Below are positions 35,871 to 46,400 of a stretch of 64,000 nucleotides of DNA, in pieces. Source of the stretch: an uncultured Desulfosarcina sp. (GTDB lineage: Bacteria; Desulfobacterota; Desulfobacteria; Desulfobacterales; Desulfosarcinaceae). The stretch spans positions 416,001 to 480,000 of the forward strand of contig CAXXWQ010000002.1 of NCBI GenBank assembly GCA_963674945.2, read 5' to 3'. The notes under the pieces are model-generated. The model was given only the letters and a program-made list of their open reading frames with translations. It did not search any database and was not told where the DNA came from. Made by a program: the position numbers and the translations under genes. Each line of letters starts with the position of its first letter. Position 1 is the first letter of the stretch.

Positions 35871-38804
35871 ATGATAAGGTTTCTGCTCGTCTTGGTTTTG
35901 GTGACGCTGATGGGACCGGCGAGGGGCCTGGCGCTGGATGTCAACGGCATTGTCGACACTGACAGCCGCTGGACAACGGACGACAGTCCCATAAAGATCA
36001 CGGGCGATCTTCTGGTGGCCCAGGGGGCGACCCTGACCATCGATCCGGGTGTTCAGGTGGTGTTCATGACGCGTGCCGATACGGCCCGGGGATACAATCT
36101 CAGGGTCGAGGGGACACTGTTTGCCCGGGGCACCGCAGCAAATACCATCTCCTTTACCGCCCAGGACCCGTTGCTTCCCTGGGGCGCAATTCTCTTCGAG
36201 GATATCAGCGCGGATTGGGATGCCGACCAGGGGACCGGGAGCAGAATCTCCCATTGCGTCATCGAATACGGGGGCAATACCGCAGATTTCGGTATGATCG
36301 TTACCCGAAATGCCATGCCCCTGATACGTGACAACGCCATCCGTTTCAGCGCCGGCGCAGGCATTGCCGCCTTTGCCGACGACGGCGTGGTGACGGTCGG
36401 AGAGAATCTTCAGATCATCGACAATTGGATTTACGGCAACCCCATCGGTCTCGTCATGTTCGCGGAGGAAGGGGTGGTGACCGGTAACTACTTTCTGAGC
36501 AACGGATCGGCCATGGACGTCACGGCCCGCTCCAACGCTGTCGTCATACAAAACAACACCATTTCAGGCGCTTCAACCAACCTTCTCGGGTCGGGGATTC
36601 GTCTCGAACTTGCCGAACCGGCCAGCGGTCTTGCCGGCTACAATTGGGTGCAGACCGGAGGGCCCACTGTTTCTCTGGACTCGACCGACGGCAATCAAGC
36701 CTCGTTTGTCGCGCCGGATCCGGGAAGCGACGTTTATGTCCTGACCTTCGAGCTGACGGCAACGGGTGTCGATGGTTTGCGTGCCGCCGATACGGTGGCG
36801 GTGACCGTAACCGGAACGAATCTGCCGCCGGTGGCAAACGCCGGGTCCGATGCCAACGTTCTTCGCACCGCCGGAATGATGGTAACCCTGAGCGGGGTCG
36901 GTTCAACGGATCCCGACAATGGGATCGCCTCCCTTTTCTGGGAGCAAGAGTCCGGAACAACGGTCTCTTTGCAGGATACGGATACGATCGCACCCTATTT
37001 TTACATCCCTTACACGGTCGTTGCCGGAGAAGAGATGACCTTCCGGCTTACGGTGACCGACCAGGGCGGACTCGAATCGACGGACACGGTTACGCTTCGT
37101 TTTTACAGCGACAACATCTACCCTCGTGCCGGTGTCGGGGAGGAGATGGCCGCCGCAACGGCACAGACCGTCGAGCTGGATGGCACCGGATCCGTGGATC
37201 CGGACGGCGTGATCGCAACCTATCTTTGGGAGCAGACGGACGGGACGACGGTCACCCTGGAAAATGCCGACACGGCCACCGCCAGTTTCGAAGTGCCGGC
37301 GGTTGCGGACGGTGGTGAGGTCTTGACCTTTGCGCTGACCGTTACCGACGATGGCGGATTGACGGACACCGAGACGCTGACGGTCCGGATCAACCCCGTT
37401 GCGGTGGATGCCGGGGAAGACCGGACCGTTTCGGCCGGCGACGAGGTGATTCTCGACGGCAGCGGTTCCATCGATCCCAATGCCTCTGCCGACATCCAGA
37501 TCCAGCACAATACCATCGTGTCCGACGGTGACGGTGCCGGTTTGATGGCCGTTACCGGGGTCGAGGAGGCCCGGTATCAATTGTCATTTTCCGAAAACAA
37601 CCTCGAATTCGACGATGCACAAGGCTATGCGTTTTATCTGTACGATTGGGATGAATCGACCACAGAAATCAACATAACCCACAACTGGTGGGGAAGCGTT
37701 TCCATTCCTGCCATCGACACCTTGATTTACGATCAGGCCGATGATTTCCAATTGCCTTCGGTGGTGTACCGGCCTGTCGCCGCACAGTTGATCGCGGCAG
37801 CCGGATCAGACCTGGTTTATCCACCCCTGGCCAATGCGGGGCCGGATATGGAAACCACCATGGATGCGGCCGTGACCCTTGATGGCAGCCAATCCTACGA
37901 TCCCGACGGGATCGGCACGTATCGATGGGAACAGACAGAAGGGGAATCCGTGACAATTCGTACATCCAATCAGGCCGTCGCGACTTTCGTCGCGCCCTCC
38001 GGCGGCACCGACGGTCGGGAGCTTCGCTTCTCCCTCACCGTATCCACGGGCGGACCGTTCACCCATACCGATGAGGTCGTGGTTACCGTCGTGCCCGATG
38101 AAACCGTGCCTCTGGTCGAGGTGGGCGAAGGCTGCTTCATCGGTTCGACGATTGCCCCATCCGTCGAAGCGGGAAAGGGGTGCGTGATGATGATTGTCGC
38201 AACCTTGGCAATGGTTTCGTGTCTGGTTTTGGGGTCCCGAAAGAGAAGGCAAGGTTTTGCCGCACTGTTTGCGGTTTTGCTGGTTGTTTTCATTCCATCG
38301 TCACACGCCGGCTTTTTTGCCGTTGGCGGTGGCGGCGGTGGTGAAGCGGAGAGGTATAACATCACCATCGAAACCGGGGCCAAGGACATTACCGCCGGCT
38401 CCTTGGAGATGATGTTCGCATTCGGGATCCCGTTCATTCCCCACGGTGACAAGAATATTCCCGAAAATACCGTTGCGATGCCGTGCCCCAACGACCAGTG
38501 CATGTCGCTGGGAGAAGAGAGAAAAGGGACCGAAGTGGGGTTTTATGGAAAATTGGGGATCGAGATCGGATCCACCAACCTCTATTGTAACCTCCTTGGT
38601 GGTTTTACCGCATACACGGAAAGTGAACTGGTGCGATCAACGGGTTCCGGCACAACATTCGAAGAATCGTCCGATACGGTTTTAGAACCCCTCTATGGCG
38701 CCGGGTTGAGCTATTTTCCGGATTACTGGAAATGGCCCATCCTCCTGCAGGTGGACTGGGACATCACCCGGGGAGTTACGGGCACCATTGGTTGGTGTTG
38801 GTGA
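35871..38804 (+). CDS. Large surface protein: beta-helix, PKD/K319L-like repeats, internal GCFI+TM segment, C-terminal beta-barrel-like domain
   Basis: Signal peptide; LTIDPGV; repeated PVANAG.D/LDG..S.DPD/Y.WEQT.G; ends GVTGTIGWCW. Confidence 0.8.
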   Translation: MIRFLLVLVLVTLMGPARGLALDVNGIVDTDSRWTTDDSPIKITGDLLVAQGATLTIDPGVQVVFMTRADTARGYNLRVEGTLFARGTAANTISFTAQDPLLPWGAILFEDISADWDADQGTGSRISHCVIEYGGNTADFGMIVTRNAMPLIRDNAIRFSAGAGIAAFADDGVVTVGENLQIIDNWIYGNPIGLVMFAEEGVVTGNYFLSNGSAMDVTARSNAVVIQNNTISGASTNLLGSGIRLELAEPASGLAGYNWVQTGGPTVSLDSTDGNQASFVAPDPGSDVYVLTFELTATGVDGLRAADTVAVTVTGTNLPPVANAGSDANVLRTAGMMVTLSGVGSTDPDNGIASLFWEQESGTTVSLQDTDTIAPYFYIPYTVVAGEEMTFRLTVTDQGGLESTDTVTLRFYSDNIYPRAGVGEEMAAATAQTVELDGTGSVDPDGVIATYLWEQTDGTTVTLENADTATASFEVPAVADGGEVLTFALTVTDDGGLTDTETLTVRINPVAVDAGEDRTVSAGDEVILDGSGSIDPNASADIQIQHNTIVSDGDGAGLMAVTGVEEARYQLSFSENNLEFDDAQGYAFYLYDWDESTTEINITHNWWGSVSIPAIDTLIYDQADDFQLPSVVYRPVAAQLIAAAGSDLVYPPLANAGPDMETTMDAAVTLDGSQSYDPDGIGTYRWEQTEGESVTIRTSNQAVATFVAPSGGTDGRELRFSLTVSTGGPFTHTDEVVVTVVPDETVPLVEVGEGCFIGSTIAPSVEAGKGCVMMIVATLAMVSCLVLGSRKRRQGFAALFAVLLVVFIPSSHAGFFAVGGGGGGEAERYNITIETGAKDITAGSLEMMFAFGIPFIPHGDKNIPENTVAMPCPNDQCMSLGEERKGTEVGFYGKLGIEIGSTNLYCNLLGGFTAYTESELVRSTGSGTTFEESSDTVLEPLYGAGLSYFPDYWKWPILLQVDWDITRGVTGTIGWCW

Positions 38805-38809
38805 TTGAT

Positions 38810-39215
38810 CGTGATGAGCAAAGAGCGGAGAGCAACGAGTGATGAGGAAATAAGCTGATAGCTCATGGGTGATAGCTCATAGGACATGGATGATGATCGA
38901 AGGAAAAAATTGAATTATTGTTTTGCCACGGACACACACGGACGGGGTTTGATCTTAGATCAAAGGTAAAGAGCAATGCGTAATGAGTGATGGGGAAAGG
39001 AGCCTAAAGATCATTTCCAAAATAATTCACTGCCCGCTTCGCTCGAGCCGCAGAGTTTCATTATTACCCCGAAGATAAATGAAAAAACATTTGCGTTTCT
39101 GCGGTGCAAACAAAAATAACTTCGACTCTTTACAAGCCAGTAATCAGTTATGCGTTATGTGTTATGAAAAACAACATGGTAATAGGCCATAGACTACAGC
39201 CTACAGCCTGTAGTT
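38810..39215 (+). repeat. Mosaic spacer
   Basis: 38851-38995 matches 23020-23121, 16424-16496 and 32160-32228; inverted GGCTGTA module at 39190-39213. Confidence 0.8.
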
Positions 39216-39224
39216 TATCCCATC

Positions 39225-39270
39225 ACGAGAAAGGCGGATGATGGTCTACACCATCATCCGCCTTTCTCGT
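39225..39270. terminator. Hairpin between convergent genes
   Basis: Perfect 21-bp stem ACGAGAAAGGCGGATGATGGT, loop CTAC. Confidence 0.75.
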
Positions 39271-39288
39271 TGCATGCAAGAAAAAGAA

Positions 39289-40107
39289 TTATCTTCTATT
39301 GTTAATTTTTTTTCGTGCGGTACCTGCCAGTCCGATCAAGCCGGTACCGAACAAGAGCAGGGTGGCCGGTTCGGGAACGGGGGCGGTGCCGCTTCCCATG
39401 AGGTTGTCATTGCCGCACCCCATCGTGAAGTGGGATGTGAAGACACCATCCCAGTTTTGTAGATTATCATCATTCAGGATAATGCTCAGGTCAAGGCCGG
39501 TTACCGTATAATGTTGATCGCCAAAGAATGTCTTATCGGCAGCGTATGAGTAAGCGCCATAGGCTATTGAACCGGAACCCAAAATATCTGTTCTCGAACC
39601 AGCATAAAATTGCCATGGATCAGACTCCGGAGAATTTAAGTCCTCTTTTACTCGTTCAAGTGTATCAGAACTACTAATTGAAAATACTTCATAATTGCCT
39701 GTTGCCCAATTGACATCAAAAACATAATCATATCCCATGGTAAGGTCGCTGCTATCAGCACCTGTTCCAAATTCTGCATCCCCGTCAACATCTATGAATA
39801 TATCACCGGAAGTATAACCAGGGTATCCGTTTACTCCATTTTGAAAATCAAATCCACCGACCATTGACAGGATAAACCCTTCGAGGAAAAAACCCTCCAG
39901 ATCCCAAACCTGGCTGGCAACCATTCCAGGTTCAACTTCGTTATCTTCTCCAATTGAAGTCCGTGAATCGGATTCACCGAAATATCCCCGGCTGTCCTCC
40001 CTTTGGTCGAATATTGTAATGTCGGCACCAAAATTAAGCGCCCAGGCCCCGCTGCACAATAGCAACACTAAAAATGGTGCAATCAACATCTTCATCCAAC
40101 GATTCAT
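39289..40107 (-). CDS. PEP-CTERM sorting domain protein
   Basis: Signal peptide; C-terminal VPEPATLLLFGTGLIGLAGTARKK. Confidence 0.95.
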   Translation of the reverse strand: MNRWMKMLIAPFLVLLLCSGAWALNFGADITIFDQREDSRGYFGESDSRTSIGEDNEVEPGMVASQVWDLEGFFLEGFILSMVGGFDFQNGVNGYPGYTSGDIFIDVDGDAEFGTGADSSDLTMGYDYVFDVNWATGNYEVFSISSSDTLERVKEDLNSPESDPWQFYAGSRTDILGSGSIAYGAYSYAADKTFFGDQHYTVTGLDLSIILNDDNLQNWDGVFTSHFTMGCGNDNLMGSGTAPVPEPATLLLFGTGLIGLAGTARKKINNRR

Positions 40108-40168
40108 GTTTTTTCCCTTTCTGCGAAACAATAAAACGCGATAGGTATATTATTGACGGTTATTGGGT

Positions 40169-40185
40169 AAGCAAATGTAATGCCT
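40169..40185 (-). promoter_or_regulatory. Sigma-54 -24/-12 promoter of PEP-CTERM gene
   Basis: AGGCATTACATTTGCTT, GG-N10-GC spacing. Confidence 0.7.
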
Positions 40186-40670
40186 TGTGGCATAAAGTGG
40201 TCGATATTTTTTTATAATTATTTTATTTCAACGGGTTGCGGCCAACAGAATGTTTGAATTGGGAAAGGAAAGAGCAAAAAATAGATCGAAAAATGAGAAA
40301 ATAAATATATAAAAATATGGTTGTATGTGTAAAAATATTCCCAATGAGATTCAATTTTAATCTGGCATGTTGCTTGACTGTAACAAAACCATTCGTCATG
40401 CAATATGAATTGGGAAAACAAGAAGATGCCGGCCGAAATGAGTGATGGGGTATGAGCAGGGGAATTGAACGGTCGTTCTTGACTCATTGTCTCTGTTCTA
40501 TGCCCCCCCCCCTCCGCCTGTGTCCAGAACTAAAGATATTTCGTTGAAAACCGATAAAGTACGGAGAAGGGAAACGAGATTGCCCTTTTTATCTTTGCGA
40601 TCTTGGCGACTCGAGTGAAGTCCGGTCAATGTGACGGGATAAACAGTGCGGTCAAATTAGAAAAGGAACG

Positions 40671-41663
40671 ATGATGAGATTTTTTACGATTCGTATGTGG
40701 CTTTTTCTCCCAATTTTGTGCGCTGTCTCCTGGTTGTCAACGGAGGCCATCTTTGCCGAATCGGTGATCGTTGACCACAATCATACAGATATTACCGCGA
40801 TACCACAGTCGGCCATCGCACAGGCGAAACAGACACTTCACATCGCCTATGGCCACACCTCCCACGGAAGTCAGTTGACAACGGGCATGACCGGGTTGGT
40901 GAGCTTTGCCAATGGCGGTGGATTGGGTCTTTCCCTTCCGGACAACTTCTTTGCATGGGACAACGGCGGGACGGACGGTGCTTTAGACCTTCACGATTAC
41001 GCCATGGGTGGGGATGTGGGTTACTACCCCCAATGGGTAGACAACACGCGGGCCTATCTGGATGATCCGGAAAACGCGGATGTCAACGTGATCATCTGGT
41101 CATGGTGCGGACAGGTGGACGACAAGTACGCCGCCGGCACCCTGGATACCGAGTATCTGACACCCATGGCCCAGTTGGAAGCCGACTATCCCGATGTTAC
41201 CTTCGTATACATGACCGGGCATGTGGATATCGACGACGACGCAGACAACAAGGCCGCCAATCAGGTGATTCGGGACTTTTGCGAGAACAATGGCAAGGTG
41301 CTTTTCGATTTTGCCGATATCGAACACTACGATTCCGACGGCCAATATTTCGAATATGTCGATGACGATTGCAGTTATTACGATGGTCCCCGCGGTACCT
41401 ACCTGGGAAATTGGGCCGTTGCGTGGCAAGATGCCCACGTGGAAGGGCAGGACTGGTACGATTGCAGTTCCGCCCACAGTGAGCCGCTCAACGCGAACAG
41501 AAAAGCCTATGCCGCATGGTGGTTGTGGGCGAGGCTTGGCGGCTGGGATCCGGCGCCGGTTGTCGATGGCAACGATGATGACGATTCCCCTCCGGTTGCT
41601 TTTCAGGCTGACGATGGTGGCAGTGGCGGTTGTTTCATTCGTGCCGCCATCTTTGACAGGTAA
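40671..41663 (+). CDS. Secreted protein (paralog of 29169-30065) with GGSGGCFI tail
   Basis: Signal peptide; IAYGHTSHGSQ, WSWCGQ, YMTGH, DFADIE, AHS. Confidence 0.75.
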   Translation: MMRFFTIRMWLFLPILCAVSWLSTEAIFAESVIVDHNHTDITAIPQSAIAQAKQTLHIAYGHTSHGSQLTTGMTGLVSFANGGGLGLSLPDNFFAWDNGGTDGALDLHDYAMGGDVGYYPQWVDNTRAYLDDPENADVNVIIWSWCGQVDDKYAAGTLDTEYLTPMAQLEADYPDVTFVYMTGHVDIDDDADNKAANQVIRDFCENNGKVLFDFADIEHYDSDGQYFEYVDDDCSYYDGPRGTYLGNWAVAWQDAHVEGQDWYDCSSAHSEPLNANRKAYAAWWLWARLGGWDPAPVVDGNDDDDSPPVAFQADDGGSGGCFIRAAIFDR

Positions 41664-41670
41664 AAATAAA

Positions 41671-41862
41671 TTAGCCATCCCAGTTAAAATTCGCTTCGCT
41701 CTTCACTATCGTGCATTTTATGGGATAGACGGACACACACGGAAAAAAGAGGTGATGGGCCGTAGACGGTAGGCTGTAGGAAAGCATAGAGCGGAGAGCA
41801 ACCAGTGATGGGTGATGCGTAATGGGTGATGAGTGGAAAGAGCTGAAAGCAGGGAGTGGGAA
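41671..41862 (+). repeat. Mosaic spacer containing the palindromic mini-element (41679-41730)
   Basis: ttagcca..ggacacacacgg, ggctgtagg, gagcggagagc, gtgatgggtgatgcgtaatggg. Confidence 0.8.
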
Positions 41863-41986
41863 GCGAATTATTGGATCGATGCACGTACTGCGATTCATGA
41901 TGATTGGAATTCGAATTTCGGCCATTGTCGGTTGACTTTATGTTGTGTACGTTTTAAAGTGTACACATTAGAAAGGGGCTATTATC

Positions 41987-42220
41987 ATGAAAATCAATGC
42001 CGCCGAATTCAGAATGAAATGTTTCAAAATATTGGATCAGGTGAATTCTACCCATCGGGAGGTGATTATCACGAAACGGGGTAAACCCATTGTAAAGATA
42101 GTACATGTAGAGCAGGATGATAAAAGGGACCCGATGTTGGGAGCGCTGTCAGGCACCGGAAGGACCCTTGAAGACCTTACGCTACCGATAGTCGAATCGG
42201 ATGCATGGGAATTGGATTGA
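41987..42220 (+). CDS. Phd/YefM antitoxin
   Basis: INAAEFRMKCFKILDQV...IITKRGKP. Confidence 0.9.
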   Translation: MKINAAEFRMKCFKILDQVNSTHREVIITKRGKPIVKIVHVEQDDKRDPMLGALSGTGRTLEDLTLPIVESDAWELD

Positions 42221-42612
42221 TGATCTTGCTGGACACACATGTCTGGTGGTGGAGTCTTGCCGAACCGGAGAATCTTTCAGCGGATACAATGGCGGTGATT
42301 CGCACCACAAAAACAGACGAACGTTTCATCTCATCGATTTCGATTTGGGAATTTGCCATGATGTTGGCAAAAAACAGGATTGAGTTGAAAATTTCTCCAA
42401 CCAAATGGTTGTCGAAAGCCATCGATGCATCCGGAATTACAGTGATCGAATTGTCTCCGGAAATCGCTGTCGATTCATGTAATCTGCCTGGTGATTTTCA
42501 TAAAGATCCTGTTGATCGAATTATCGTCGCTACCGCCAGAATTCATAACCTCACATTGTTAACCAAGGATAAAAAGATATTGGACTATCCGCATGTAAAA
42601 TCTTTTTGGTGA
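42220..42612 (+). CDS. vapC: VapC/PIN toxin
   Basis: LLDTHVWWW, SIWE, HKDPVDRIIVATA, LLTKD. Confidence 0.92.
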   Translation: MILLDTHVWWWSLAEPENLSADTMAVIRTTKTDERFISSISIWEFAMMLAKNRIELKISPTKWLSKAIDASGITVIELSPEIAVDSCNLPGDFHKDPVDRIIVATARIHNLTLLTKDKKILDYPHVKSFW

Positions 42613-42650
42613 TTTGATGAAGATTCTAAGGGCATAATCAATTAGAAGGA

Positions 42651-42800
42651 TTAGCCACAGACCCACACAGACGAACACGGACAGAAAAATAGGTGGTAGA
42701 CTATAGGCTGTAGGTTATAGGCTACGGGTATTGAGTTATGAGTGGAAAAAGCTCAGAGTTTGGAGCAGGGAGCGAGGAGCGAAGGTGGTGAGTGGAGACT
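42651..42800 (+). repeat. Last mosaic spacer
   Basis: ttagccacagacccacacagac, agactataggctgtaggttatagg, ggagcagggagcgaggagcg. Confidence 0.8.
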
Positions 42801-42985
42801 TGAAACCTTCCCCCGTAAGGTATTGAAAAAGGGGCTTGGCGATGGTTTTCGTCAGGCCTTTTTCTTTCTCCAAGTTATCCCCTCACATTTGTGGGGATTC
42901 GCTCGATGTCACGGAGACAATAGAGAAAAAAATCTGAATATTTCTTCAGTTGGCTTTTTCAACCATCAATTCTTGGAATCATCCG

Positions 42986-43174
42986 TTAATCAAGGTGGTC
43001 ATCTTTTTTTCTCTTAATTGATATAATCATGAAACAAGCTCCTGAGGCTAATCCTAAAGAGCCCCAATTTGAACTGAGAACAAGGTTGCCAAAACAAATA
43101 AATTTGTCAGAGCTCATCCAATAGCCAGAAGCCAATATTATTATTAGAGATATTGCAGTTAAGAAGTTATTCAT
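42986..43174 (-). CDS. Small two-TM protein, possible orphan immunity protein
   Basis: AT-rich, hydrophobic, downstream of RHS gene. Confidence 0.4.
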   Translation of the reverse strand: MNNFLTAISLIIILASGYWMSSDKFICFGNLVLSSNWGSLGLASGACFMIISIKRKKDDHLD

Positions 43175-43199
43175 AAAGGATGATATCTTACATCATTAT

Positions 43200-43415
43200 T
43201 TAGAATGTTTTAAAAATACCAATTAAAATTAATACACCTATCAAGATAAATACGATACCAATGAGACCTCGTAATTTATATTGAGCACGCAATTGGAAAA
43301 GAGCATTAGGTTCAGGAGGGGCAATGTATTTCCCTGAGACGGAAGAGTAAACCATAAGGGCACCGCAAACAGAAAAGACAACTGCAATTATAACTATCAT
43401 AATAAGATAAACCAT
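43200..43415 (-). CDS. Small two-TM protein, candidate RHS immunity protein
   Basis: Starts 18 nt after RHS stop; AT-rich; two hydrophobic helices. Confidence 0.5.
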   Translation of the reverse strand: MVYLIMIVIIAVVFSVCGALMVYSSVSGKYIAPPEPNALFQLRAQYKLRGLIGIVFILIGVLILIGIFKTF

Positions 43416-43433
43416 ATTGATTACGAATCCAAT

Positions 43434-46400
43434 CTATTTACATTTGTTATGATCTATTGTGTCAATTGTTTTCGATATATTTATGGGTGGGGTTATACCC
43501 AGTCCTACATTGATACCGAATTGTCCGCTCAACGGGTAATAGCTTATTCCCAAATAACGATTTAAGCCAAATGTAAAAGCAAGATTACCTATTGCATTAA
43601 AACCATTTAAATCGGAAATATTAAATACAAACTCTGTGCCACCACCAATCAAACTTGTAGAAACGCCTATATCAGTCTTAGTGCTAAACCAGTTACCATT
43701 TCGGTTATGAATTTGAGTAGAGTAATCAGTGAAAAGTATTGAACCTCCAACATTCGTACGACTATAGTGTATCGTACTATCTGGAACGAAGTTTTCAATC
43801 ATTTCTGGACCAAAAGCCTCTAATCCCATCGGATCAGTCCAATTAACTGGATTATTACCTACATACCCATAAACATTAATCCCCCCAACCAAACCAATGG
43901 GATCGGTCCGCATGTATCTTCCGGTTCGGGGATCATAATACCGATGGTAGTTATAATGAAGGCCGGTTTCACCATCATGGCACTGGCCCGGGAACCGGAA
44001 ATTATTAACAAAGCCGTTGGCCGTTATATCAACCTGGCCGAAGGGTCGGTAATCGCCTTGCCAGACGACATCGCCGAACTCATCGGTAATGATGATCGGG
44101 GTCCCAAGATGATCGTTGATGAAAAAATAGAGTTTGTCAACGGTCCGTTGGGCGGTGATGGCCTCCGGCAGGATTCCCGTGAGGGGGCCGAAGGATGCCA
44201 GAAGGATGGGTTCGGGTGAGAATACCGGCGGCGTGCCGTCGAACCGGACCGGAAACGGCGACAGGGTCATATCGGCAAGGAGAATGTCCAGATCCATCTC
44301 CACATTGGTGTTTTCGCCGGCCATGATGTTGACGGCCGGCGACCAGACCTGGCTGCCGTCGTGGTCCACCCGGAATTTGTAGGCGCCGTCGGGCACAAGG
44401 AAGTCGGCCATACCGGAAGAATCGGTGCGTTCCATCCGGCCGAGATAGGCGCCGGATTCTGAGAAGAGATAGACCGGGGCATCGAACAGGTCCCAGCCGC
44501 CGACGGTTACGTGGACTGCTGCCCGGCCGTGTTCGATGGAAATGATCGTATCGGTCTGATTGATCACTTCGGACCAGGTTTGTACGGATAGGCAGTCCGC
44601 CCTGAACGCATAGTCGGCCGGCGGAAGGTTGAAGGTTGCCTGGCCGTCTGCATCGGTGAAGGCGCTTCGACCCATGTAGGCGCCGGCGGCGGAGAACAGG
44701 TAGACCGGCACGTCCGCCAGGGGCGCGGCAACCGGGCCGAACTGTCCGTCGACGGTCACTGTTACCATCTGGTGGGTGATGGTGAGCAGATCGGACCGAA
44801 TGTCGGGGATGACATGGTCCGGGGTCCAGTACCGATAACCCAGATAATCGACACGGAACCGATAGCCGCCGTCGGCAAGATCGAAGGCGACCTGGCCGGA
44901 ATCATCGGTATGGGCCGAGAGCCCCAGATAGGCGCCGGCATCGTTGAACACATAAACCGGAACGTCGACCAGAGGCGCGCCGGTCTCCGTTTGGACGGTC
45001 AGGGCGAAGCTGCCGCCGCCTGTGGAAACGGCGATGGGCGTCGTCCCATGGGCCGCCACCGTTGCCGTGGCCCAGAATTGATTTCCCATGTGGTCGGCCC
45101 GGAACCGATAGGTCCCCTGGGGCAGGCGGAAGTTCACTTCTCCCCGGGCATCGGTCTCGCCGCTGATGTTCAGATAGGCATCGGTTATACCGAACACGTA
45201 GACACTGACATTTTCCAGGGGCTGGATTTCCTGCAGTACGGTGACGGCCGCGGTCCCCTCCTCGATGAGGATGTCCGCATCGGCCAGGGTAACGGGATCG
45301 GTCCAGTACTGCCGGCCCATGTAATCGGCCCGGACGGTATAGGCCTGGGCCGGCAGGTTGAACGAGGCCTGGCCGGCGGCGTCGGTGACGGCCGACATGC
45401 CCAGGTAGGCCCCATCGGGTGTGAACAGGTACACCGGTACGCTATCCCTGGCTTCCATATCACCGTCGTCGTTGCCGGCGACCGTGATGACGACATCTTC
45501 ATGGGCGATGGTCATCCCCACGGCATCGGTGGCCGGTACGGAAAAGGCGTCGGTCCAATACCGGTAGCCCAGATAATCGACACGAATCTGATACCCTCCA
45601 TCGGCCAGATGGAAATCGGCGGTACCGTCCCCGCCGGTGGCGGCGCTCTGGCCTAAATAAACGCCGTCATCCGAAAAGAGATAGCAGGAGATTCCGGCCA
45701 TGGGATTTCCTGGGGATTTTTCCATCGTGAAGGTGAGGTTGCCACCGCCGGTGGAGACGGTGACCGGATTGTCCACATGGGCTAACACAGGGGCTGTGCC
45801 GGAAAAATAGCGGCTGCCCAGATAGTCTGCCCTGAAGTTGTAGTTTCCCCGGGGCAAACGAAAGGATATTTCCCCCTGACTGTCGGTCTGGCCGGACAGC
45901 CCCAGGTAGGCACCCGCCTCGTTAAACGTGTGAACATTTACGCCGCCCAGGGGCAGGCCCTGTCCGGTGACCGAAACCGTTGCGATTCCTTCGTCGATCG
46001 TAACGGTTTCGTCGTTCTGGTTGAAGATCGCAGACCAGTATTGTCCACCGATAAAGTCGACCCGGACCTTGTACTCCCCGGCCGGCACCTGGAAGGTCGT
46101 TTGGCCCTGGTCATCGGTGAAGGCGTTGATGCCCAGATGGGAACCGGAGGCGGTGAACAGGTAGACGGGAACTTGCTCCGGAAGCCGTACATCGGCATTA
46201 CAATCCCGCAGGACCGTGATTCCCACATCCTGGTGATCGATGATCAGTTCGGATACGGTGTCGGTGGTCACCGCGATTTCCTCGGTCCAGAACTGATATC
46301 CCATGTAGTCTGCCCGGACCTTGTACATGCCTTCCGGCACAGTGTAGGAAACCCGGCCGGCGGGATCGGTTCGGCCGCTTGCTCCCAGGTAGGCGCCGGA

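Noticed and set aside
40362..40378. Possible plus-strand sigma-54 promoter TGGCATGTTGCTTGA
   Set aside because: The -12 element reads GA rather than GC at the required spacing.
40503..40512. Poly-C tract as a phase-variation switch
   Set aside because: Intergenic, about 160 bp from the next start, with no promoter elements I can place around it.
6325..42800. CRISPR array interpretation of the recurring repeats
   Set aside because: No constant-length repeat/spacer periodicity, repeats are degenerate and separated by whole genes, and there are no cas genes.
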